DNA of 64,000 nt from Mobula birostris (GCF_030028105.1 NC_092374.1:181119487-181183486), one strand, 5' to 3'; numbered from the stretch's first letter, positions 34,901 through 47,065 are shown. Notes: generated by a model not told the origin, from the sequence alone. Translations and numbers: made by a program.

Positions 34901-37900
34901 GCAGGAGTCTTGAGGTGAGGCGAGGCTGGGGGCAGGAGACTTGAGGTGAGGCGAGGCGAAGCTGGGGGTAGGAGCCTTGAGGCAAGGCGAGGGTGGGGGC
35001 AGAAGCCTTGAGGCGAGGTGAGGCGAGGCTGAGGGCAGGAGCCTTGAGGCGAGGTGAGGCGAGGCTGGGGGCAGGAGCCTTGAGGTGAGGCAAGGCGAGG
35101 CTGAGGACAGGAGACTTGAGGTGAGGTGAGGCGAGGCGAGACTGGGGGCAGGAGCCTTGAGGTGAGGCAAGGCGAGGGGAGGTGAGGCTGACGGCAGGGG
35201 CCTTGACGTGAGGGGAGGCGAGGCTGGGGGCAGGAGCCTTGAAGTGAGGGGAGGCGAGGCTGGGGGCAGGAGCCTTGAGGGGAGGCGAGGCGAAGCTGGA
35301 GGTAGGAGCCTTGAGGCAAGGCGAGGGTGGGGGCAGAAGCCTTGAGGCGAGGGGAGGTGAGGCTGGGGGCAGAAGCATTGAGGCGAGGGGAGGTGAGGCT
35401 GAGGACAGGAGACTTGAGGCGAGGCGAGGCGAGGCTGAGGGCAGGAGCCTTGAGGCGAGGCGAGGCGAGGCTGAGGACAGGAGACTTGAGGCGAGGCGAG
35501 GCTGGGTGCAGGAGCCTTGAGGCTAGGCGAGGCGAGGCGAGGCTGGGGGCAGGAACCTTGAGGGGAGGCGAGGCTGAGGACAGGAGCCTTGAGGCGAGGT
35601 GAGGCTGAGGGCAGGAGCTTTGAGGCGAGGTGAGGCTGAGGACAGGAGACTTGAGGTGAGGCGAGGCTGGGGGCAGGAGCTTTGAGGCGAGGCGGGGCTG
35701 GGGGCAAAAACATTGAGGCGAGGTGAGGCGAGGCTGGGGGCAGGAGCCTTGAAGCGAGGCGAGGTTGGGAAAAGGAGCCTTGAGGCAAGGCAAAGCGAGG
35801 CTGGGGGCAGGAGCCTTGAGGCTATGCGAGGTGAGGCGAGGCTGGGGGCAGGAGCCTAGAGGAGAGGCGAGGCTGGGTGTAGGATCCTTGAGGCGAGGCG
35901 AGGCGAGGCGAAGCGAGTCTGAGGGCAGGAGCCTTGAGGCGAGGTGAGGCTGAGGGCAGGAGCCTTGAGGCGAGGTGAGGCTGAGGGCAGGAGCTTTGAG
36001 GCGAGGTGAGGCTGAGGACAGGAGACTTGAGGTGAGGCGAGGCTGGGGGCAGGAGCTTTGAGGCGAGGCGGGGCTGGGGGCAAAAACATTGAGGCGAGGT
36101 GAGGCGAGGCTGGGGGCAGGAGCCTTGAAGCGAGGCGAGGTTGGGAAAAGGAGCCTTGAGGCAAGGCAAAGCGAGGCTGGGGGCAGGAGCCTTGAGGCTA
36201 TGCGAGGTGAGGCGAGGCTGGGGGCAGGAGCCTAGAGGAGAGGCGAGGCTGGGTGTAGGATCCTTGAGGCGAGGCGAGGCGAGGCGAAGCGAGTCTGAGG
36301 GCAGGAGCCTTGAGGCGAGGTGAGGCTGAGGGCAGGAGCCTTGAGGCGAGGCGAGGCTGGGAGCAGGAGCCTTGAGGCGAGGCGAGGCTGGGGGCAGGAG
36401 GCTTGAGGGGAGGTGAGGCGAGGCTGAGGGTAGGAGCCTTGAGGCGAGGCGAGGCTGGGGGGCAGGAGTCTTGAGGCAAGGGGAGGCGAGGCTGAGGGCA
36501 GGAGCCTAGAGGTGAGGCGAGGCTGGGGGGCAGGAGCCTTGAGGTGAGACGAGGCGAGGCGAAGCGAGTCTGAGGGCAGGAGCCTTGAGGCGAGGCGAGG
36601 CGAGGCTGGGGGCAGGAGCCTTGAGGCGAGGTGAGGTGAGGCTGAGGACAGGAGACTTGAGGCGAGGCGAGGCGAGGCTGAGGACAGGAGACTTGAGGCG
36701 AGGCGAGGCTGAGGGCAGGAGCCTTGAGGCAAGGCGAGGCGAGGCTGAGGACAGGAGACTTGAGGCGAGGCGAGGCTGAGGGCAGGAGCCTTGAGGCAAG
36801 GCGAGGCGAGGCTGAGGACAGGAGACTTGAGGCAAGGTGAGGCAAGGCTGAGGACAGGAGACTTGAGGCGAGGCGAGGCTGGGGGCAGGAGCCTTGAGGC
36901 AAGGCGAGGCGAGGCTGAGGACAGGAGACTTGAGGCGAGGCGAGGTTGGGAGAAGGAGCCTTGAGGCGAGGCGAGGTGAGGCTGGGAGAAGGAGCCTTGA
37001 GGCGAGGCGAGGCGAGGCTGAGGACAGGAGACTTGAGGTGAGGCGAGGCGAGGCTGAGGACAGGAGACTTGAGGTGAGGTGAGGTGAGTCTGAGGGCAGG
37101 AGCCTTGAGGCGAGGCGAGGCGAGGCTGAGGACAGGAGACTTGAGGCGAGGCGAGGCTGAGGGCAGGAGCCTTGAGGCAAGGCGAGGCGAGGCTGAGGAC
37201 AGGAGACTTGAGGCGAGGCGAGGCTGAGGGCAGGAGCCTTGAGGCAAGGCGAGGCGAGGCTGAGGACAGGAGACTTGAGGCAAGGTGAGGCGAGGCTGAG
37301 GACAGGAGACTTGAGGCGAGGCGAGGCTGAGGGCAGGAGCCTTGAGGCGAGGCGATGCTGGGAGCAGGAGCCTTGAGGCGAGGCGAGGCTGGGGGCAGGA
37401 GGCTTGAGGGGAGGTGAGGCGAGGCTGAGGGTAGGAGCCTTGAGGCGAGGCGAGGCTGGGGGGCAGGAGTCTTGAGGCAAGGGGAGGCGAGGCTGAGGGC
37501 AGGAGCCTAGAGGTGAGACGAGGCGAGGCGAAGCGAGTCTGAGGGCAGGAGCCTTGAGGCGAGGCGAGGCGAGGCTGGGGGCAGGAGCCTTGAGGCGAGG
37601 TGAGGTGAGGCTGAGGGCAGGAGCCTTGAGGTGAGGCGAGGCTGGGGGGCAGGAGCCTTGAGGTGAGACGAGGCGAGGCGAAGCGAGTCTGAGGGCAGGA
37701 GCCTTGAGGCGAGGCGAGGCGAGGCTGGGGGCAGGAGCCTTGAGGCGAGGTGAGGTGAGGCTGAGGGCAGGAGCCTTGAGGTGAGGCGAGGCTGGGGGCA
37801 GGAGCCTTGAGGTGAGGTGAGGCTGAGGGCAGGAGCCTTGAGGCGAGGCGAGGCGAGGCTGAGGACAGGAGACTTGAGGCGAGGCGAGGTGAGGCTGAGG

Positions 37901-40900
37901 GCAGGAGCCTTGAGGCAAGGCGAGGCTGGGGGCAGGAACCTTGAGGGGAGGCGAGGCTGAGGACAGGAGCCTTGAGGCGAGGCGAGGCTGAGGGCAGGAG
38001 CTTTGAGGCGAGGCGAGGCTGAGGACAGGAGACTTGAGGCGAGGCGAGGCTGGGGGCAGGAGCTTTGAGGCGAGGCGGGGCTGGGGGCAGGAGCCTTGAG
38101 GTGAGGCGAGGTGAGGCTGAGGACAGGAGACTTGCGGTGAGGTGAGGCGAGGCGAGGCTGGGGGTAGGAGCCTTGAGGCGAGGGGAGGTGAGGCTGGGGG
38201 CAGGAGCATTGAGGCGAGGTGAGGCTGAGGCTGAGGGCAGGAGCCTTGAGGCGAAGCGAGGCGAGGCTGAGGGCAGGAGCCTTGAGGCTATGCGAGGTGA
38301 GGCGAGGCTGAGGGCAGGAGCCTTGAGGCGAGGCGAGGCTGGGAGCAGGAGCCTCGAGGCGAGGCGAGGCTGGGGGCAGGAGGCTTGAGGGGAGGTGAGG
38401 CGAGGCTGAGGGTAGGAGCCTTGAGGCGAGGCGAGGCTGGGGGGCAGGAGTCTTGAGACAAGGGGAGGCGAGGCTGAGGGCAGGAGCCTTGAGGTGAGGC
38501 GAGGCTGGGGGGCAGGAGCCTTGAGGTGAGACGAGGCGAGGCGAAGCGAGTCTGAGGGCAGGAGCCTTGAGGCGAGGCGAGGCGAGGCTGGGGGCAGGAG
38601 CCTTGAGGCGAGGTGAGGTGAGCCTGAGGGCAGGAGCCTTGAGGTGAGGCGAGTCTGGGGGCAGGAGCCTTGAGGCGAGGCGAGGCTGGGGGCAGGAGCC
38701 TTGAGGTGAGGTGAGGCTGAGGGCAGGAGCCTTGAGGCGAGGCGAGGCTGAGGACAGGAGACTTGAGGCGAGGCGAGGTGAGGCTGAGGGCAGGAGCCTT
38801 GAGGCAAGGCGAGGCTGGGGGCAGGAACCTTGAGGGGAGGCGAGGCTGAGGACAGGAGCCTTGAGGCGAGGCGAGGCTGAGGGCAGGAGCTTTGAGGCGA
38901 GGCGAGGCTGAGGACAGGAGACTTGAGGCGAGGCGAGGCTGGGGGCAGGAGCTTTGAGGCGAGGCGGGGCTGGGGGCAGGAGCCCAGAGGTGAGGCGAGG
39001 CTGGGGGCAGGAGCCTTGAGGTGAGGTGAGGCGAGGTGAGGCTGAGGACAGGAGACTTGTGGTGAGGTGAGGCGAGGCGAGGCTGGGGGTAGGAGCCTTG
39101 AGGCGAGGGGAGGTGAGGCTGGGGGCAGGAGCATTGAGGCGAGGTGAGGCTGAGGCTGAGGGCAGGAGCCTTGAGGCGAAGCGAGGCGAGGCTGAGGGCA
39201 GGAGCCTTGAGGCTATGCGAGGTGAGGCGAGGCTGAGGGCAGGAGCCTTGAGGCGAGGCGAGGCGAGGCGAGGCGAGGCTGAGAGCAGGAACCTTGAGGC
39301 GAGGTGAGGCGAGGCTGAGGGCAGGAGCCTTGAGGCAAGGCGAGGCGAGGCTGAGAGCAGGAACCTTGAGGCGAGGTGAGGTGAGGCTGAGGGCAGGAAC
39401 CTTGAGGCGAGGTGAGGCGAGGCTGAGGGCAGGAGCCTTGAGGCAAGGCGAGGCGAGGCTGAGAGCAGGAACCTTGAGGCGAGGTGAGGTGAGGCTGAGG
39501 GCAGGAGCCTTGAGGCGAGGTGAGGCGAGGCTGGGGGCAGGAACCTTGAGGCGAGGTGAGGCGAGGCTGGGGGCAGGAGCCTTGAGGTGAGGCGAGGCGA
39601 GGCTGAGGACAGGAGACTTGAGGTGAGGTGAGGCGAGACGAGGCTGGGGGCAGGAGCCTTGAGGTGAGGCGAGGCGAGGCTGAGGGCAGGAGCCTTGAAG
39701 TGAGGGGAGGCGAGGCTGGGGGCAGGAGCCTTGAAGCGAGGCGAGGCGAGGCTGGGGGGCAGGATCCTTGAGGCGAGGCGAGGCGAAGCGAGTCTGAGGG
39801 CAGGAGCCTTGAGGTGAGGCGAGGCTGGGGGCAGGAGCCTTGAGGCGAGGCGAGGCGAGGCTGAGGACAGGAGACTTGAGGCGAGGGGAGGCTGAGGGCA
39901 GGAGCCTTGAGGCGAGGCTGGGGGGCAGGAGCCTTGAGGCGAGGCGAGGCGAGGCTGGGGGCAGGAGCCTTGAGGCGAGGCGAGGCGAGGCGAAGCGAGT
40001 CTGAGGGCAGGAGCCTTGAGGTGAGGCGAGGCTGAGGGCAGGAGCCTTGAGGTGAGGCGAGGCTGAGGGCAGGAGCCTTGAGGTGAGGCGAGGCTGAGGG
40101 CAGGAGCCTTGAGGTGAGGCGAGGTGAGGCTGAGGGCAGGAGCCTTGAGGCGAGGCGAGGCGAGGCTGGGAGCAGGAGCCTTGAGGCGAGGCGAGGCTGG
40201 GGGCAGGAGGCTTGAGGGGAGGTGAGACGAGGCTGAGGGTAGGAGCCTTGAGGCGAGGCTGAGGACAGGAGCCTTGAGGCAAGGGGAGGCGAGGCTGAGG
40301 GCAGGAGCTTTGAGGCGAGGCGAGGCTGGGTGCAGGAGCCTTGAGGCGAGGCGAGGTGAGGCTGAGGGCAGGAGCCTTGAGGTGAGGCGAGGCTGGGTGC
40401 AGGAGCCTTGAGGTGAGGCGAGGCTGGGGGCAGGAGCCTTGAGGTGAGGTGAGGCTGGGGGCAGGAGCCTTGAGGCGAGGCGAGGTGAGGCTGAGGGTAG
40501 GTGCCTTGAGGTGAGGCGAGGCTGGGGGCAGGAGCCTTGAGGCGAGGCGAGGCTGGGTGCAGGAGCCTTGAGGCGAGGCGAGGTGAGGCTGAGGGTAGGT
40601 GCCTTGAGGTGAGGCGAGGCTGGGTGCAGGAGCCTTGAGGCGAGATGAGGCGAGGCGAAGCGAGTCTGAGGGCAGGAGCCTTGAGGTGAGGCGAGGCTGG
40701 GGGCAGGAGCCTTGAGGCGAGACGAGGCGAGGCGAAGCGAGTCTGAGGGCAGGAGCCTTGAGGCGAGGCGAGGCTGGGGGCAGAAGCCTTGAGGCGAGGC
40801 GAGGCGAGGCTGAGGACAGGAGACTTGAGGCGAGGCGAGGTGAGGCTGAGGGCAGGAGCCTTGAGACAAGGCGAGGCGAGGCTGGGGGCAGGAGCCTTGA

Positions 40901-43900
40901 GGCGAGGCGAGGCTGAGGACAGGAGCCTTGAGGCGAGGCGAGGCTGAGGGCAGGAGCTTCGAGGGGAGGCGAGGCTGAGGACAGGAGACTTGAGGTGAGG
41001 CGAGGCTGGGTGCAGGAGCTTTGAGGCGAGGCGGGGCTGGGGGCAGGAGCCTTGAGGTGAGGCGAGGCTGAGGGCAGGAGCCTTGAGGTGAGGCGAGGCT
41101 GAGGGCAGGAGCCTTGAGGTGAGGCGAGGCTGAGGGCAGGAGCCTTGAGGCAAGGTGAAGCGAGGCTGGGGGCAGGACTCTTGAGGTGAGGTGAGGCGAG
41201 GCTGAGGGCAGGAGCCTTGAGGCAAGGCGAAGCGAGGCTGGGGGCAGGACTCTTGAGGTGAGGCGAGGCGAGGCTGGGGGCAGGAGCCTTGAGGTGAGGC
41301 GAGGCGAGGTTGGGAGAAGGAGCCTTGAGGCGAGGCGAGGCGAGGCTGAGGACAGGAGACTTGAGGTGAGGTGAGGCGAGGCGAGGCTGGGGGCAGGAGC
41401 CTTGAGGTGAGGCGAGGCGAAGCTGGGGGTAGGAGCCTTGAGGCGAGGGGAGGTGAGGCTGGGGGCAGGAGCATTGAGGCGAGGTGAGGCTGAGGCTGAG
41501 GGCAGGAGCCTTGAGGCGAGGCGAGGCGAGGCTGAGAGCAGGAACCTTGAGGCGAGGTGAGGCGAGGCTGGGGGCAGGAGCCTTGAGGCGAGGTGAGGCG
41601 AGGCTGGGGGCAGGAACCTTGAGGCGAGGTGAGGCGAGGCTGGGGGCAGAAGCCTTGAGGTGAGGCGAGGCTGGGGGCAGGAACCTTGAGGCGATGTGAG
41701 GCGAGGCTGGGGGCAGGAGCTTTGAGGCGAGGTGAGGCTGGGGGCAGGAGCCTTGAGGCAAGGCGAGGCTGGGGGCAGGAACCTTGAGGCGAGGCGAGGC
41801 TGAGGGCAGGAGCTTTGAGGCGAGGCGAGGCTGAGGACAGGAGACTTGAGGTGAGGCGAGGCTGGGTGCAGGAGCTTTGAGGCGAGGCGAGGCTGAGGAC
41901 AGGAGACTTGAGGTGAGGCGAGGCTGGGTGCAGGAGCTTTGAGGCAAGGCGAGGCTGGGGGCAGGAGCCTTGAGGTGAAGCGAGGCTGAGGGCAGGAGCC
42001 TTGAGATGAGGCGAGGTGAGGCTGGGGGCAGGAGCCTTGAGGCGAGGCTGGGCTGGGGTCAGGAGCCTTGAGGTGAAGCGAGGCTGAGGGCAGGAGCCTT
42101 GAGGCAAGGCGAAGCGAGGCTGGGGGGCAGGAGCCTTGAGGTGAGGCGAGGCGAGGCTGGGGGCAGGAGCCTTGAGGCGAGGTGAGGCGAGGCTGGGGGC
42201 AGGAGCCTTGAGGCGAGGTGAGGCGAGGCTGGGGGGGCAGGAGCCTTGAGGCTATGCGAGGTGAGGCGAGGCTGGGAGAAGGAGCCTTGAGGTTAGGCGA
42301 GGGGGGGCTGGGGGCAGGAGCCTAGAGGAGAGGCGAGGCGAGGCGAGGCTGGGGGCAGGATCCTTGAGGCGAGGCGAGGCGAAGCGAGTCTGAGGGCAGG
42401 AGCCTTGAGGCGAGGTGAGGGTGGGGGCAGGAGTCTTGAGGCGAGGCGAGGCTGAGGGCAGGAGCCTTGAGGCGAGGTGAGGCGAGGCTGAGGGTAGTAG
42501 CCTTGAGGTGAGGCTGAGGACAGGAGACATGAGGTGAGGCGAGGCTGGGGGCAGGAACCTTGAGGTGAGGCGAGGCTGAGGGCAGGAGCCTTGAGGCGAG
42601 GCGAGGCGAGGCGAGGCGAAGCGAGTCTGAGGGCAGGAGCCTTGAGGCGAGGCGAGGCTGGGGGCAGGACTCTTGAGGTGAGGTGAGGCGAGGCTGAGGG
42701 TAGGAGCCTTGAGGCGAGGCGAGGCGAGTCTGGGAGAAGGAGCCTTGAGGCGAGGCGAGGCGAGGCTGAGGACAGGAGACTTGAGGCGAGGCGAGGCTGA
42801 GGACAGGAGACTTGAGGCGAGGCGAGGCTGAGGGCAGGAGCCTTGAGGCGAGGCGAGGCTGAGGGCAGGAGCCTTGAGGCGAGGCGAGGCTGAGGGCAGG
42901 AGCCTTGAGGCGAGGCGAGGCGAGTCTGAGGGCAGGAGCCTTGAGGCGAGGCGAGGCTGGGGGCAGGACTCTTGAGGTGAGGTGAGGCGAGGCTGAGGGT
43001 AGGAGCCTTGAGGCGAGGCGAGGTGAGGCTGGGAGAAGGAGCCTTGAGGCGAGACGAGGCGAGGCTGAGGACAGGAGACTTGAGGTGAGGCGAGGCTGGG
43101 AGAAGGAGCCTTGAGGCAAGGTGAAGCGAGGCTGGGGGCAGGAGCCTTGAGGTGAGGCGAGGCGAGGCTGAGGACAGGAGACTTGAGGTGAGGTGAGGCT
43201 AGGCGAGGCTGGGGGCAGGAGCCTTGAGGCGAGGCGAGGCTGGGGGCAGGAGCCTTGAGGCGAGGCGAGGCGAGTCTGAGGGCAGGAGCCTTGAGGCGAG
43301 GCGAGGCTGGGGGCAGGACTCTTGAGGTGAGGTGAGGCGAGGCTGAGGGTAGGAGCCTTGAGGCGAGGCGAGGTGAGGCTGGGAGAAGGAGCCTTGAGGC
43401 GAGGCGAGGCTGAGGGTAGGAGCCTTGAGGCGAGGGGAGGTGAGGCTGAGGGTAGGAGCCTTGAGGCGAGGCGAGGCTGAGGGTAGGAGCCTTGAGGCGA
43501 GACGAGGCGAGGCTGAGGACAGGAGACTTGAGGCGAGGCGAGGCTGGGAGAAGGAGCCTTGAGGCAAGGTGAAGCGAGGCTGGGGGCAGGAGCCTTGAGG
43601 CGAGGCGAGGCGAGGCTGGGGGCAGGAGCCTTGAGGCGAGGCGAGGCTGGGGGCAGGAGGCTTGAGGCGAGGTGAGGCGAGGCTGAGGGTAGGAGCCTTG
43701 AGGCGAGGCGAGGCAAGGCTGAGGACAGGAGACATGAGATGAGGCGAGGCTGGGGGCAGGAGACTTGAGGTGAGGCGAGGCGAAGCTGGGGGTAGGAGCC
43801 TTGAGGCAAGGCGAGGCTGGGGGCAGAAGCCTTGAGGCGAGGGGAGGTGAGGCTGAGGGCAGGAGCCTTGAGGCGAGGGGAGGTGAGGCTGGGAGAAGGA

Positions 43901-44610
43901 GCCTTGAGGCGAGGCGAGGCTGAGGGTAGGAGCCTTGAGGCGAGGGGAGGTGAGTCTGGGGGCAGAAGCCTTGAGGCGAGGGGAGGTGAGGCTGAGGGCA
44001 GGAGCCTTGAGGCGAGGGGAGGTGAGGCTGGGGGCAGGAGCCTTGAGGCGAGGGGAGGTGAGGCTGAGGGCAGGAGCCTTGAGGCTAGGCGAGGCGAGGC
44101 GAGGCTGGGGGCAGGAGCCTTGAGGCTAGGCGAGGTGAGGCTGGGAGAAGGAGCCTTGAGGCGAGGCGAGGCGAGGCTGAGGACAGGAGACTTGAGGCGA
44201 GGCGAGGCGAGGCTGTGGACAGGAGACTTGAGGTGAGGCGAGGTTGGGAGAAGGAGCCTTGAGGCAAGGCGAAGCGAGGCTGGGGGCAGGAGCCTTGAGG
44301 TGAGGCGAGGCGAGGCTGAGGACAGGAGACTTGAGGTGAGGTGAGGTGAGGCGAGGCGAGGCGAGGCTGGGGGTAGGAGCCTTGAGGCAAGGCGAGGGTG
44401 GGGGCAGAAGCCTTGAGGCGAGGGGAGGTGAGGCTGGGGGCAGGAGCATTGAGGCGAGGTGAGGCTGAGGCTGAGGGCAGGAGCCTTGAGGCGAGGGGAG
44501 GTGAGGCTGGGGGCAGGAGCCTTGAGGCGAGGGGAGGTGAGGCTGGGGGCAGGAGCCTTGAGGCGAGGGGAGGCGAGGCTGGGGGCAGGAACCTTGAGGC
44601 GAGTGGAGGC
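28910..44610. repeat. Giant G-rich compound minisatellite, about 15.7 kb; unit (GAGG[C/T])n + TG[A/G]GG[G/A]CAGGAGCCTT, mostly 26/31/36/41 bp (+/-1)
   Basis: Continuous across the interval; roughly 500 units estimated from length divided by unit size; G- and A-rich on the + strand. Confidence 0.97.
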
Positions 44611-44621
44611 GAAAGTGGGGG

Positions 44622-44925
44622 GTGGGCAATTACCAGAAGTTCACAAAATTGATGTTTACGCCATCAGGTTGAAGGATAGCCAGACAGAATATAAGGTGTT
44701 GTCTCCAACCTGAATGTGACCTCATCGCGGCAGACAAAGAGGCCATAGACTGAAGTCAGAATGAAAAGTAGAATTAAAATGGGTGGCTACCGGGTGATCC
44801 CACTTTTTCCAGCAGATGAAGCATAGGTGCTCAGCAAAGCGGTCTCCCAATCTACGTCGGATCTCATTGATATACAGGAGGCCACATCGGGAACACCGGA
44901 CACAACAGATGACCCCAGCAGTGGG
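44622..44925 (-). mobile_element. Penelope-like GIY-YIG fragment (second, more diverged copy)
   Basis: Homologous to 27450-27750 (gggcaattaccagaag vs gggaattactggaag; aagcggtctcccaatc vs aagcggtcccccaatc). Confidence 0.75.
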
Positions 44926-44929
44926 GAGG

Positions 44930-47060
44930 GATTAATTGTCAAGAGAGTTGCGTAGGAAGAGATCCCTCCTGGTACTTATTCTTGCAAGCTGACTATAGTT
45001 TCCTGCTGAGGATGTCAAGGAATCATTTGCAGAGGGAGATACAGAGGCCCAGATTTTTGACCTCGTTCGTTGGTACTAAGGACATGATGGTGTTGAATGC
45101 TGAGCTGTAATCAATAAACAGCAGCCTGTTGTGGACATTGCTATTATCCAGATGAGCAAAGGCTGAGTGGAGAGCCAGTGAGATTCCATCTGCTGTAGAG
45201 CTATTATTGCGATAGGCAAACTTGTAGAGGGTTCAGGTCTTTTCTAAGGCAGGAGTTGATTCTGACCATAACCATCCTCTCAAGCATTTCATCATAGTAG
45301 ACATGAGTACAAGATGCGAGTCAGCAATCATTGAGGCACTCACCCTGATCTTCTTGCGTTCTGGTATGACTGTCACCCTTTTGAAAGAAGTGGGAATCTC
45401 TGACTGCAACAGTGAGAGATTAGAGATGTCTGTGAACGCTCCCACCAGTTGGTTGGCACAGGTTTTCAGAGCCCTACCAGATAAACCATCAGGGCCTGAT
45501 GCCTTGTGAGGGTTGATCCTCTTGAAAGATGTTCAGACGTCAGCCTCTGAGGCAGAGGTCACAGGGTCATCAGATGCTGCAGGGATTTGCAGAGGTGTAG
45601 TTTATCCTCCCTTTAAAGCATGCATAAAAGGCGTTGAGCTCATCTGGGAATGAAGCATCACTGCCATTCATAACATTAGGTTTTGCCTTGTATGGAGTAA
45701 TGGCCTGTAAACTCCGCCAGAGGTGCGATATATCCGATTCCGTCTCTTACCTTAATTGAAATTGTTTTATTGTCCATAAAATAGTCTTTTGTAGGTTATG
45801 CCAGGACTTCTTGTATAGTTCTGGATCACTGCTCTTGAATGCCACAGATCTAGCTCTCAGCAGATTACAAATCTCCTAGTTTATCCACTGCTTTTGGTTT
45901 CAGTATGCACACTATGTTCTCAAAGTCACACACTTATGCACACAGGTCTTGATGAAATTGGTGACAACTGTGGTGTATTAATTCACATTCAAAGATGAAT
46001 CCCTGAATGTTATCCAGTTCCACAACTTGAAACAGTTCTGTAAGTCAGGGGTCCCCAACCTTTTTTGATCTGCGGACCGGTTTCATATTGACAATATTCT
46101 TGCGGACCGGCCGACCGGAGGGGGGTGTGGTAGGGTTGCCAACGGACAAGAGTAGCAGTCAAATACATTGTGTTTACCCCGAGAAAGACTACCATGACCA
46201 TATTAAATGATATTATCATTTAAAGAAAAATTGGATAGGTATATGGACAGGAAAGGAATGGAGGGTTATGGGCTGCATGCAGGTCGGTGGGACTAGGTGA
46301 GAGTAGCATTCAGCACGGACCAGAAGGGCAAAGGTAGCCTGTTTCCATGCTGTAGTTGTTATATGATTATATAAGTCAATAGCATCATAACATTTTAAGT
46401 AACATTTGGATATTAAACACACAGCGCATATTTTCCCCGTATGAACATATAAAATCATTACAACGCACCAATATCGCTGAATCAGTGGGAGCCCTGGGCT
46501 GAATACTTGATCCCCTGCAACAAGATGGTCCCATCGAGGGGTGGTGGGAGACAGCGATACTCAAAAGGGGTTCCTTATTCTATTCCGCAATTTAGTTTTC
46601 GTTGTATTCATTGCAGAAATATGTTGGAAATAGAAGCAACATTTTCAGTGCTTTCATGTCTATCTCAGGATATTTAGCCTTGACTTTGATCCAGAATGCC
46701 GGCAGAGCTGTTATGTCAAACATACTTTTCAGCCCACAGTCATTTGCAAGCTCAAGGAGTTGATCTCCTTCCCACGTGGGTAACGAGCTCACGTGTGTTC
46801 AAGCTCAACAGTGGGCGTGACAAGGAATGAGGAAAGATGCAGCTGACTCATATCGCCAAATCATATCGTTTCCTCATGGCCCAGTAGCACATGCTTTGCG
46901 GCCCGGTGCCAGTCCGCGGCCCGGTGGTTGGGGACCGCTGCTGTAAGTGCTCCTTTCCTCCCTTGACCACAACTTCTTAGACCTCACTACTGGCGCCGTG
47001 GTGTTTTGTCTCTGCCTCTACGCTGAGAGCAGAAATACAACCAGGAGATCAGATGTTCCC
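44930..47060 (-). mobile_element. Rex1/Babar-like LINE RT fragment, interrupted by hAT-Charlie
   Basis: FTDISNLSLLQSEIPTSFKRVTVIP...TMMKC resembles Rex1 RT; sequence resumes after the 8-bp TSD at 46941. Confidence 0.7.
46046..46940 (-). mobile_element. hAT-Charlie-type non-autonomous DNA transposon with transposase C-terminal remnant; CR1 3' end inserted at about 46220-46365
   Basis: TIRs caggggtccccaacc / ggttggggaccgctg; perfect 8-bp TSD ctgtaagt (46038-46045, 46941-46948); QLLELANDCGLKSMFDITALPAFWIKVKAKYPEI resembles the hAT dimerization domain. Confidence 0.9.
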
Positions 47061-47065
47061 AAGTG

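Noticed and set aside
28071-44610. CRISPR-like or repeat-spacer array
   Set aside because: No unique spacers; pure tandem modules in a vertebrate context; no cas genes.
29393-44629. Long P/S/L/A/R-rich ORFs as mucin- or extensin-like proteins
   Set aside because: They occur in all three frames, shift frame whenever unit length changes by 5 or 1 bp, have no splice or leader context, and follow from the repeat's composition.
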